DNA from: Thermoplasmata archaeon | GTDB taxonomy: Archaea; Thermoplasmatota; Thermoplasmata; Thermoplasmatales; ARK-15 | Length of the DNA: 37,629 nt | Assembly (NCBI GenBank): GCA_039794005.1 | Contig: JBAMMA010000012.1 | Coordinates: forward strand, 61,002 to 98,630 | Direction of reading: 5' to 3' | Part shown: piece by piece, positions 10,184 through 19,540 of the stretch | Position numbering within the stretch: position 1 is the first letter of the stretch | How the letters are laid out: every line of letters starts with the position of its first letter | Translations under genes and position numbers: made by a program | Notes under the pieces: generated by a model | Told to the model about the DNA's origin: nothing | Databases searched by the model: none | The model's input: only the letters and a program-made list of their open reading frames with translations

Positions 10184-11416
10184 AACCGTATCTTCCCTTC
10201 TTGGACCAAGTGAAATTATTGAAATTTTTGTCCCTGTATACTTTTCTATAAAATTTAGATATCCACGCATTTCATTTGGAATGTCATTTTTATTTTCTTT
10301 TGGATATTCCCATCCATCAAATACTTTGTATATTGGTTCAGCCTTCTGAAGATCCTCTATTTTTACTGGAACCTTTTTGACAATTTTACCATTTATTTTA
10401 TATGCATATGCAACCTTTATCTCTTCAAATCCTGATAGTATGTCTATTTTGCTAATTGCTATTTCACTGACCCCCGATAATTCAATTGAATATTTAACTA
10501 AAACCAGATCCAACCAGCCCACCCTTCTTGGCCTTCCCGTTGTGGTGCCATATTCATTTCCTTTGGTCAATATTTCCTTTCCAATATTGTCTTTCAGTTC
10601 AGTTGGGAATGGCCCTTCTCCAACCCTTGTTGTATATGCTTTCATTACTCCGATAACTTTTCTGACATGGCAAGGCTTTGTACCAATACCTGTTAATACT
10701 CCAGCCGCAGAAGTGTTTGAGGAGGTTACGTATGGATACATTCCAAAATCCACATCCAAATGTGTTCCCTGCGCCCCTTCAAATAACACGGTTTTCCCCG
10801 ATCTGAGACTTTTATTTATGTAATAAGAAGTATCTACAATATTCTTTTTGAAAAATAAACCTATCTTATTAAATTCCTCAGATAATTTTTCCGGATTATA
10901 TTCATTTGTGAGGTATGGTTTTCTTATCTTTAAAGCAATTTCAATTTTCTTTCTTAAAATCTCTTTATCTAAAAGATCTATGAATCTGATACCTATCCTG
11001 GTATATTTATCTTCGTATGCAGGTCCAATTCCCATGCCTGTTGTTCCTACTTTTTCAAATCCTTTCAACTCCTCCATATTTTTATCTATCTCTTTATGAT
11101 AAGGCATAACAACATGTGCCCTTTCTGAAATTTTAAGGTATTTTTTAGGATTGAAACCCTTCAACATTTCAATTTCCTCGAGAAGTTCTAGAGGATCTAT
11201 TACCATTCCATTGCCCAATACTGATATCTTATGATTTAAAATTCCACTAGGAATTAAATGAAATTTATAAACATTATCACCAATTTTAACAGTATGGCCT
11301 GCATTTGCCCCTCCCTGGTATCTGGCAACTATATCAAAATATCTAGCGATAAAATCTACGATTTTCCCCTTCCCCTCATCTCCAAATTGTAATCCTATTA
11401 CAGTTGCGGTCTTCAT
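10166..11416 (-). CDS. purA: Adenylosuccinate synthetase
   Basis: GLQFGDEGKGKIVD, GGANAGHT, GIGPAYEDK, EGAQG and EYGTTTGRPRRVGWLD. Confidence 0.97.
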   Translation of the reverse strand: MKTATVIGLQFGDEGKGKIVDFIARYFDIVARYQGGANAGHTVKIGDNVYKFHLIPSGILNHKISVLGNGMVIDPLELLEEIEMLKGFNPKKYLKISERAHVVMPYHKEIDKNMEELKGFEKVGTTGMGIGPAYEDKYTRIGIRFIDLLDKEILRKKIEIALKIRKPYLTNEYNPEKLSEEFNKIGLFFKKNIVDTSYYINKSLRSGKTVLFEGAQGTHLDVDFGMYPYVTSSNTSAAGVLTGIGTKPCHVRKVIGVMKAYTTRVGEGPFPTELKDNIGKEILTKGNEYGTTTGRPRRVGWLDLVLVKYSIELSGVSEIAISKIDILSGFEEIKVAYAYKINGKIVKKVPVKIEDLQKAEPIYKVFDGWEYPKENKNDIPNEMRGYLNFIEKYTGTKISIISLGPRREDTVLLKRI

Positions 11417-11649
11417 TAAAACACCATATGGTAATATAAAGAGAGATATATTTAATTTCTTTTTTCATCCTTTATATTTTAATTTTAAAAAGAATTTTCA
11501 TAATTATAATAATTTAAATAAACTAAATTTTATTAAAATAAATATTTTATATTTTGAAAAATTTTTAATATTTTCTAAACCTTATTAGAAAAAGTTGAAA
11601 TCTTTATATACCATTATGTTATTTTATAGCATAGCAAGAAGGGTAAATA

Positions 11650-14310
11650 ATGGATAGTAAACTATTAGTGCTGATCTTGGGCATATTGATGTTATTTGGA
11701 TTTGGTTTTTCAGCGGCATATTCCAACCCTATGGTTGCAATCCCTTACCATATTGATAAAACGCTGTTTGAAAATTCAAAATTGCTTGGATTTACAAACA
11801 AGAATATCAAAATTGACATTTCAGTTGGTTTGAAATTAAGAAATTATGACCAACTTCTATATTATCTAAAGGAAGTATCAACTCCCGGTTCTCCATTATA
11901 TCTCAAATTCATATCAAAGAATGAATTTATTTCTGAATTTTCTCCTTCAGAGCAGGTGGTAATGCAAGTATCCTCATATTTTGAATCCTATGGTGTCAAA
12001 GTGGAGGTGGGCCCCTATAATCTGGCTCTATTCATGAACAATGTACCATTGTATAAGGTAGAAGAAATGTTTCATACTACATTTGGATTATATTATGCTC
12101 CAATTGGTAATGTATATTTACCATCATACATTGCACAGTATGTTAATGGAATTTCAGGACTTACAAACATGTATAAATATAGTTTTGATCTAAAAATATC
12201 TAAGGATTTTATAAATTCTGGTGGAGTACAAATTTTAACTGGTGGAGATATGGAAAAGGCTTATCAAACATATTTATTATTCAATGGTTCTGCAAATGGA
12301 TCTCCATCAAATACACATTATTTTGCAACAAAATATACCGTTGCAACAATTCTATGGGAGGGGGTAGATTCAAATGGAAATCAGGTAGCTCCATTTAATC
12401 CATCGGATGTTATATCATATTATCAGCAAGTAGTACCACAGTGGATTCAAAATATTGTTGGATCAACACCCAATGTAACCGGAGACCCAGTAAATGGAGC
12501 AGTTCCACCCGGTCCTAGTGCAGGTGATGATTCAACTGAAGCAAACTTCGAAAGTACCCTGGATTTGGAAATGGTTACAACCTTGGCACCAGGTGTAAAT
12601 GCTGTTGAAGTCTATGGTCCAGGAAATTCATCAGGTCCATCCGAAACGAATTTTCCAGATGAAGGATTTGCAGCAGCATCAAAGTTAAGTAATCTGGTTG
12701 CAGTATCTAATTCATGGGGTGGAGGAGATGTTCAAGGAGATAATATTACACAAAATTATGTTCATGAGATGGAAGCAACTGGAACAACAGTAATGGCTGC
12801 AGCTGGAGATGATGGTGATACTAGCCAGCAGAGTTATCCAGCGAATGATGCCACAAATGTAGGAGGATTTTTAGCAGTAGGTGGCCTAACAGTTACACTG
12901 AATGGAAATGCTGGAAGTTATAATGGTGCCGGTTTGCCGGCGGTCAATGCAATATTAAATCAGGTTGTATGATATGCTAATGGACAGACACAATCAAATG
13001 GAGATACCGTAGGAACAACAAGTGGTACATCATCAGCATATCCAATGCCATCATGGCAAGATATACCAGCTGTGGTGAATAATGGAGGATCAACATCCGG
13101 TAGAGATGTAGCAGACATTTCTGCAATCGGAAATAATACATTTATTTACATTACAAACACATCTCAACGATTGCAAAATGGAGGCAGTCCATGGTTCCCA
13201 TTGGGAGGAACATCGGTAGCATCTCCAGTAATTGCAGGAATTATAGCCGAAATAGTTGCTTACACAGGTCATAAACTTGGATTTATAAATCCATTGCTAT
13301 ATAAAATGGGGCCAAATGAATCAAAATATTCACTCAAACCATTCTGGGATGTTGTTCAAACGCCATATGGATATCATGCTGGACAGACACAATATGATGC
13401 AAAACCTGGATGGGATTATCCAAGTGGATGGGGATCAATTAATGCATATAACTTCTCATTGGATTTAGAGCAGATGTTGGGATTATCCAACGGAAATGGT
13501 TCTGGAAGCAGTTCAGGGAATACATCCGGTTCAAATGGATCATCCTCACCTGCAACATATACCGTTACATTTACTGAAAGCGGTCTATCAGGAATTACAT
13601 GTTCTGTAACATTTAACGGAAATACGAAATCATCAACAACATCAACAATATCATTTGCGGGAATTACGAATGGTACTTATTCATTTAGTGTAGGAAATGT
13701 TTCTGGATATACAGCAAATCCATCATCTGGAACGATAACAGTGAATGGAAAAAATGTCAATCAAAACATACAGTTTATTAAAAATTCAATTAATAACGGA
13801 ACAAACAATAATACAACAAGCAACAATAATACAAATTCAAATAATACAAATAGCAACAATACAAACAATAATACAACAGTTAAAAACATCGGCGAGATTG
13901 TTAGTCAAGTGAATTCAACATCAATATCTACATATTCTCTTCCTGAGGCAGAAGAATTTGTGGTGTCAAATAATGCCATAATTAATTACGTGACATTGTA
14001 TTTGAATGGTTCAGGACAGGTCAATTTCAGTATAGGCACAAACCTATGGTCTTCCAATGTTTTAAATAATATTACAATAAACGTGGTTTCGGGCAAAAAT
14101 TGGTATAATGTATCCATAAATAACATAAACCTTGTTTCTGGTGTATATTATTTCTTAAATGTATACCTAGTTTCTGGAAATGTCGAATGGGGATATACTT
14201 CAAATCCATCCAGTAATAGCTTCAATTACGTTCAGGATTATTATTACATTAATGGAATATTAAACAGTGATTATCTATTTCCATTCATATTCATCATAGG
14301 ATATTCATAA
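11650..14310 (+). pseudogene. Secreted S53 (sedolisin/kumamolisin) serine protease, interrupted by an in-frame TGA at 12970-12972
   Basis: ORFs 11650..12972 and 13045..14310 share a frame (offset 1395). Signal peptide, prodomain, ESTLDLE, SNSWG and AAAGDDG lie before the TGA; GRDVADISA, GGTSVASP and WDYPSGWGS lie after it. Read-through gives QVV*YANGQTQSNGDTVGTTSGTSSAYPMPSWQ. Confidence 0.8.
13790..13878 (+). repeat. Asn/Thr-rich low-complexity linker with an 18-bp direct repeat
   Basis: ACAAACAATAATACAACA at 13801-13818 and 13861-13878; encodes NNTNS-like repeats. Confidence 0.8.
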
Positions 14311-14412
14311 ATTTTTTAATCATTTATTTTTTATTTAATTTTTAGAATTGGTAAAAAAACAAAAAAGTTTTAAATATGACTTTTATCATATTTTTGTCTG
14401 ACGGTGATTAAA

Positions 14413-14940
14413 ATGGTCAATGGCAGTAATTTAAAATTTATTTACGAATTCATTGAACAAAAAAAAGGATTGAAAGGAATATCGGAATTTTATTATCTGA
14501 TCAATAAAAATAGTGTTTTAGTTCCTAAAATTGAAAACATACAAATAGACGATGAATATTCCAACGGTTATTTAGAAAAATTTCTAAGTGCATCATTTGA
14601 AGCACTTTCCGATACATCCTTGATATTTGATCTCGGGAAAAATTATGGATTAAAATTTTCAAAAATATCCCTAAAATTATTTTCAAAGATAGAATCCAAT
14701 AAAAAAATAATGGAATCTATAAAGGAAGACATTGAGAAAAACATGCCACTGTTAAAGGTAAACATAGAAGAATTGAGCGATAAAAAATTCGTGATGAACA
14801 TTGAGAAGATAACTACGAAGGAATTTGATGCATTTATTAATGGATATTTGGATTCAGTTTTTTCAAAAATACAAAAGAAGTTTATCAAGGTGGATGAAAA
14901 TACGAATGATAGAAAAATAATCGTCATTAAATTCATGTGA
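14413..14940 (+). CDS. Hypothetical protein, possible H-NOX/V4R-like ligand-binding fold
   Basis: GGTGA RBS before ATG 14413; MVNG...FIEQKKG..G, Y, LG..YG and FINGYL patterns loosely match that fold (inference). Confidence 0.55.
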   Translation: MVNGSNLKFIYEFIEQKKGLKGISEFYYLINKNSVLVPKIENIQIDDEYSNGYLEKFLSASFEALSDTSLIFDLGKNYGLKFSKISLKLFSKIESNKKIMESIKEDIEKNMPLLKVNIEELSDKKFVMNIEKITTKEFDAFINGYLDSVFSKIQKKFIKVDENTNDRKIIVIKFM

Positions 14941-14942
14941 AT

Positions 14943-15473
14943 CTATTCAATGTAAATTGTTTTAAATTCTACCTTCTTGTCCTTTATTACTTCTTCGATT
15001 GATTTTTCATTATCATTTAATTTGCTCTTTCCACTTTTTATTTCCAGAAATATTATTCTTTCCACCTTCTTCTTTTCCCTTAAACCATCAAATATGATAA
15101 AGTCGATCGGTGATCCGATAAACCTTGCATCCCTGGGATCATATGGAAAATTTTTAAAATATGGAACTATCTGTTCTATTACCTTTCCCTTTAAGACATC
15201 TCCAGATTTTTTTATGGCATCCTCTCTTATTTTTTGTGAATATTCCTGTTTCCATTTTTCCATTTCCATTTTATATTTTTCATTTAAAATATTTTCAAGA
15301 TCTTTTCTAATATTTTCCTTTTCCTTTTCTAAAATTTGTTCCGCCCATGTTTTAAATAATTTTTTTGCCTCATTATACACATTTTTTCTATAAATTATTT
15401 TTAATGTTATTATTATAACCATTAAAATTACGTTTAATAAAAGAGATGCAATTATTATATATGTTAAATTCAT
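14943..15473 (-). CDS. Membrane-anchored PD-(D/E)xK nuclease, Holliday-junction-resolvase-like
   Basis: N-terminal TM helix, coiled coil, GKVIEQIVPY, RFIGSPIDFIIFDG and FLEIKSG. Confidence 0.8.
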   Translation of the reverse strand: MNLTYIIIASLLLNVILMVIIITLKIIYRKNVYNEAKKLFKTWAEQILEKEKENIRKDLENILNEKYKMEMEKWKQEYSQKIREDAIKKSGDVLKGKVIEQIVPYFKNFPYDPRDARFIGSPIDFIIFDGLREKKKVERIIFLEIKSGKSKLNDNEKSIEEVIKDKKVEFKTIYIE

Positions 15474-15518
15474 GATTTTATATAAGTATATGGAATTTAA
15501 AATTTTCTTAAAATTATA

Positions 15519-15533
15519 AGAAAAATTTTAATA
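15519..15533 (+). promoter_or_regulatory. Candidate BRE/TATA for the GC-rich RNA element
   Basis: AGAAAA then TTTAATA (15527-15533), starting 29 nt before G15556; the same distance is 30 nt for the tRNA-Gln promoter. Confidence 0.4.
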
Positions 15534-15555
15534 TCAATAATATATAATGTTCATT

Positions 15556-15617
15556 GCACCAGGATCCCCACGACAGTCTGGTGTGTGAGGAGAGGATGGC
15601 TAAAATGGCCTCCTCGC
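15556..15617 (+). ncRNA. Candidate structured small RNA of unknown family (strand uncertain)
   Basis: 37/62 G+C in AT-rich surroundings; stems GCACCAG/CTGGTGT and GTGAGGAG/CTCCTCGC; the G-U pairs work on the + strand. Confidence 0.5.
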
Positions 15618-16036
15618 TAATCCCCAATGGTATTCTTGTAAATCTTTTTAAAAGTGGGATCATCAATCCTTTTATATTTTGGGATATCCTCAGGATTTGA
15701 AATTATAAACAGTTCGTTGATCAATTTTTCAGAGAATTTTAATGTTATAATACTTTTTCTGTCCTTTCCCGCACCTTTAATTACAGTTATATCCATGGAG
15801 GGAAAAGACAGCGATAATTCTACAAGCTCAATTTTATTTGACATGTATATCAATCTAACACTGTATTTTTTACTCTGTCCAAATTTTCTTATATCTACAA
15901 GATTTACCCTATTTGGATCTATTTCCAAATCATTTAAAATTTTGTGAAATCTGCATAACTGACTTTCTTTGCAAAATCTACAATGCCTGGACCATAATGT
16001 TTCGACAACCAATTTTTCATTTGAGTTTCTATGCAT
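15617..16036 (-). CDS. Hypothetical protein with an H-CxxC-x5-CxxH putative metal site
   Basis: 139-aa ORF filling the gap downstream of cbiA; HCRFCKESQLCRFH. Confidence 0.6.
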   Translation of the reverse strand: MHRNSNEKLVVETLWSRHCRFCKESQLCRFHKILNDLEIDPNRVNLVDIRKFGQSKKYSVRLIYMSNKIELVELSLSFPSMDITVIKGAGKDRKSIITLKFSEKLINELFIISNPEDIPKYKRIDDPTFKKIYKNTIGD

Positions 16037-16057
16037 TGAAGAACGGAAATTAAAAAA

Positions 16058-17317
16058 TTATTTAATATTTTCTAAAAAATTTTCCAAATAATTTTTGTAT
16101 CTAAAAAAATGAATGTGTGTATACATTCCAAAGGCATTTTTGGAATTGAGTCCATCCATGTTATTTCTAATACCGGAACCTCTTAAATTTTTCATCGTGG
16201 GATTTTCATCTGTTTCAATTGTACTGTAATGAAATTCATGTCCTTTTATTTTCATGCCTTTTTTAAAGAATAAAACATTCTTTAAAGGTATTAATTCAGT
16301 ATAATTTAGAGTTAATTTTACCTTGCTCCTTACATTTCCCTTAAAAATACCTAGCATTTTATATCCATCTATGTTATCCATCATGTACATCAAACCACCA
16401 CATTCTCCATATATGGGAATATCATTGTAATATGCATCCAATATTGACTCCTTTGTTTTATAGTTTTTAGATAAATACTCCCTGTATAATTCTGGGTATC
16501 CCCCTCCCAAATAGATGAAGCTCGGTTTATAAAGTGGATCATTTTTAAGAGGTGAAAAAAATTCAATCTCCCCAAATCTGGATAATAAATTCAAATTGTA
16601 TTCGTAGTAGAAATTGAATGCATTGTCCATTGCCACGTAAATTTTTTTATCTTTTTTAATATTTTTATCATTATTATATTCATATTTGCATTTGAAATCA
16701 GAAAAATATTCTATTATTTCTTTATATATATATTTTTCAGCAATATTTTTAATATTTTCAAAATTGTTTTCCATATAAGTATGTAAACCCAAATATCTTT
16801 CACCTATTTTCAAATTCTCATCTCTTGGAATATTTCCGAATATCTTTACATTATTTTTTAAAAATTCCCTTTCCACCATTTTTAAATGTTTTTCTCCATA
16901 ATAATTATTCAAAATGACGCCAACCGTATATTTATTTTTAAAGCCTTTGTATATGTAATAAGAACTTTCAGCCATTTTGGAAACATCTATTACCAAAACA
17001 TGAGGAATTTTTAATTTATTAAAATAGTAATATGTACTATTATCAAAATCTATTCCTGAGTCATAAAGTCCCATTACACCTTCAAAAATTCCATAATCAT
17101 AGTTTTCATATTGACATATTAATCTTTTATAAAATTTTCCTTCTAAATATCTGTCTATGTTTTCACCTCTTCCGGTAATTGATCTCAGTATACCAGAGTC
17201 TATGAAGTCGGGGCCTATCTTAAAAGATACTCCATTCCTTAAAATGGAAGATAGCATAATAGAAACGATTGTTTTTCCACTTCCAGACCAGGGTGAAGCA
17301 ATTCCAAATATCTTCAA
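16058..17317 (-). CDS. cbiA: Cobyrinate a,c-diamide synthase (CbiA/CobB) family amidotransferase
   Basis: SGSGKT, FKIGPDFID, EGVMGLYD, AFNFYY, GGGYPE, ECGG and GHEFHYS; TTG start with GGTGGTG RBS. Confidence 0.85.
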   Translation of the reverse strand: MKIFGIASPWSGSGKTIVSIMLSSILRNGVSFKIGPDFIDSGILRSITGRGENIDRYLEGKFYKRLICQYENYDYGIFEGVMGLYDSGIDFDNSTYYYFNKLKIPHVLVIDVSKMAESSYYIYKGFKNKYTVGVILNNYYGEKHLKMVEREFLKNNVKIFGNIPRDENLKIGERYLGLHTYMENNFENIKNIAEKYIYKEIIEYFSDFKCKYEYNNDKNIKKDKKIYVAMDNAFNFYYEYNLNLLSRFGEIEFFSPLKNDPLYKPSFIYLGGGYPELYREYLSKNYKTKESILDAYYNDIPIYGECGGLMYMMDNIDGYKMLGIFKGNVRSKVKLTLNYTELIPLKNVLFFKKGMKIKGHEFHYSTIETDENPTMKNLRGSGIRNNMDGLNSKNAFGMYTHIHFFRYKNYLENFLENIK

Positions 17318-17482
17318 TTAAAACACCACCTTTTTTTTAATATTTCATTCATTTAATTTTATTATCAATAAATTATACACAGTTATTCAAGATTTTTCAT
17401 TGAGTTTAAAAATATTTTAAAATCTGATGGTGATCTTAAATATAAAAAATTATAAAAATGTGAATTATTTTGATTATGAAAA

Positions 17483-18571
17483 ATGGTAAACGTAGATGAA
17501 GAAATAAAAAGGATCGAGGAAGAGATAAGAAAAACGCAGTACAACAAAGCTACTGAGCATCATATTGGAAAATTGAAGGCCAAACTTGCTAAGCTTAGGC
17601 AGATGAAGGAATCTCAGAGGGGTGGAGGAGGCCATCAAATAGGTGTAAAAAAGTCGGGAAATGGAATGGTTTCACTGGTTGGATTTCCAAGTGTTGGTAA
17701 AAGCACACTCTTTAATGCTCTGACAAATTTAAAAAGTGAAACCGGAGATTTTGATTTTACAACGGTTGATGTTATTCCCGGAATGATGAATTACAGGGGA
17801 GCAAACATTCAAATTTTAGATTTGCCAGGTATTATTGAAGGGGCCGAAAAAGGAAAAGGTATGGGTAAAAAGGTTTTAAGCATAGCTAGAACGTCTGATG
17901 TTATCATGGTTGTAACAGATATACATAACCCTGATCCATCTCCTGTTATTAGGATGCTTTATTCCATCGGAATTAGATTAAATAGGAGGAGACCAAACAT
18001 ATTTTTGGTTAAAAAGGACAGGGGCGGAATCAATATTTACTCAACAGTAAAAATGGAAATAGATGAAGAAACAATAAAAGATATTATGAGAGAATTCAAG
18101 ATAGTAAATGGTGATTTGGTGATAAGGGAAAAAATAAACATTGATGATTTAATAGACTTCTTAATTGGAAATAGGGTCTATATTCCAGCAATATTTGTTT
18201 TAAATAAAATAGATGAAAATCCTGAAATTTTAAATTCCGATGAAATTAAAAATCTTGTTGAAAAATACAACATGATTCCAGTTTCAGCAAAGTTCAATCA
18301 AAATATTGATACATTGAAAGATACCATATATGATACACTCGATCTGATAACGATTTATGTTAAACCTCCGGATGGGGAAAAGGAGCCAATGGTGATAAAA
18401 AGGTATTCCACCGTGGAAATGGTGTGCAGAAATATACATAAAGATTTTGTTGATAAATTTAAATATGCCATCGTAAATGGTCCCAGCTCAAAATATCCGA
18501 ATCAAAGAGTAGGTTTAGACCATGTTTTGGAGGATGGTGATACCGTAACTCTTTTTGCCCGCCATTCTTAA
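17483..18571 (+). CDS. DRG/Rbg-type OBG-family GTPase with TGS domain
   Basis: NKATEHHIGKLKAKLAKL, GFPSVGKST, FTT, DLPGIIEGA, NKID and C-terminal QRVGLDHVLEDGD. Confidence 0.93.
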   Translation: MVNVDEEIKRIEEEIRKTQYNKATEHHIGKLKAKLAKLRQMKESQRGGGGHQIGVKKSGNGMVSLVGFPSVGKSTLFNALTNLKSETGDFDFTTVDVIPGMMNYRGANIQILDLPGIIEGAEKGKGMGKKVLSIARTSDVIMVVTDIHNPDPSPVIRMLYSIGIRLNRRRPNIFLVKKDRGGINIYSTVKMEIDEETIKDIMREFKIVNGDLVIREKINIDDLIDFLIGNRVYIPAIFVLNKIDENPEILNSDEIKNLVEKYNMIPVSAKFNQNIDTLKDTIYDTLDLITIYVKPPDGEKEPMVIKRYSTVEMVCRNIHKDFVDKFKYAIVNGPSSKYPNQRVGLDHVLEDGDTVTLFARHS

Positions 18572-18613
18572 ATTTCTCAAAAACTTTATATTTTTTTAAA
18601 TGTTTTATAGGAC

Positions 18614-19540
18614 ATGCCAAAATATTTAGTTACAGGAGGAGCCGGATTTATAGGTTCCAATCTTGTTGAAAGACTTGTAAAAGAAAATAATGATGTGATT
18701 GTTGTTGACAGTTTACATACGGGCTCTGAAGAATTGATAAAAGAATTCAACATCGAATTTTATAAGATGAGGGTGGATGAATTTTATAAGAATGTAAATC
18801 CCGGTTCTATAGATGGAATATTCCATTTAGGTAAGCCATCATCAACCCCTATGTATAAGGCCAATAGAGAAAAATTCACTGAGAGCGTATCTGGAATAAT
18901 TTCCGTTTTAGAATTGGCAATTAAAAACAATGCCAAAATTGTTAATGCGTCATCAAGCTCTCTTTACAACGGTTTAGAACCTCCACATAATGAAAACATG
19001 ATAATAAAGCCCACTGATTTTTACACTGAGGCAAGGTTGGTAGAGGAGAGGTTATCAAAGGTATATGAAGACCTTTATGGATTAAGATTGAATGCGATGA
19101 GGTTCTTCTCCGTTTATGGACCAAGGGAGCAATACAAGAAAAATTATGCCAATCTTATATCGCAATTCATATGGTCATATATGAAAAACGAGACACCCGT
19201 GATTTATGGCGACGGTTCCCAGAAGAGAGACTTCATCTATGTTGGAGATGTTGTAGATGCATTAATTAAAGCAATGAAATCCAATGTTAATGGAATATTT
19301 AATGTGGGGACTGGTAAATCATATTCATTGAATGAAATGGTGGAAATGTTAATGAAACTCATGAATGTTAACATTAAACCAAAATATATTGAAAATCCTG
19401 TAAAAAATTATGTTTACTTGACACAGGCAGATACAACAAAATCAGAAAAAGTATTGGGATTTAAAGCAAAAACGACTTTAGAAGAAGGAATTAAAATGAC
19501 AATAGATTATTACAGGAGGTTAGGAACATCACAGTTGTAA
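18614..19540 (+). CDS. NAD-dependent sugar epimerase/dehydratase (extended SDR)
   Basis: LVTGGAGFIGS, ASSSSLY, YTEAR (YxxxK variant), RFFSVYGP and YGDGSQKRDFIYV. Confidence 0.9.
   Translation: MPKYLVTGGAGFIGSNLVERLVKENNDVIVVDSLHTGSEELIKEFNIEFYKMRVDEFYKNVNPGSIDGIFHLGKPSSTPMYKANREKFTESVSGIISVLELAIKNNAKIVNASSSSLYNGLEPPHNENMIIKPTDFYTEARLVEERLSKVYEDLYGLRLNAMRFFSVYGPREQYKKNYANLISQFIWSYMKNETPVIYGDGSQKRDFIYVGDVVDALIKAMKSNVNGIFNVGTGKSYSLNEMVEMLMKLMNVNIKPKYIENPVKNYVYLTQADTTKSEKVLGFKAKTTLEEGIKMTIDYYRRLGTSQL

Noticed and set aside
12970-12972. Selenocysteine or genetic code 4 explanation for the TGA
   Set aside because: The position corresponds to Trp, not Cys; no SECIS-like hairpin is seen; TGA is a real stop elsewhere (ATGA overlaps at porA/porB and in the thi genes) and the FDH uses Cys.
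13790-13878. CRISPR-like repeat array
   Set aside because: Only two 18-bp copies inside a coding low-complexity linker; no array or cas genes anywhere in the window.
15607-15625. GCCTCCTCGCT resembles the P3/L3 of HDV-like ribozymes
   Set aside because: The closing P3 strand (GGC) is replaced by AAT, and no nested P1/P2 double pseudoknot can be built.
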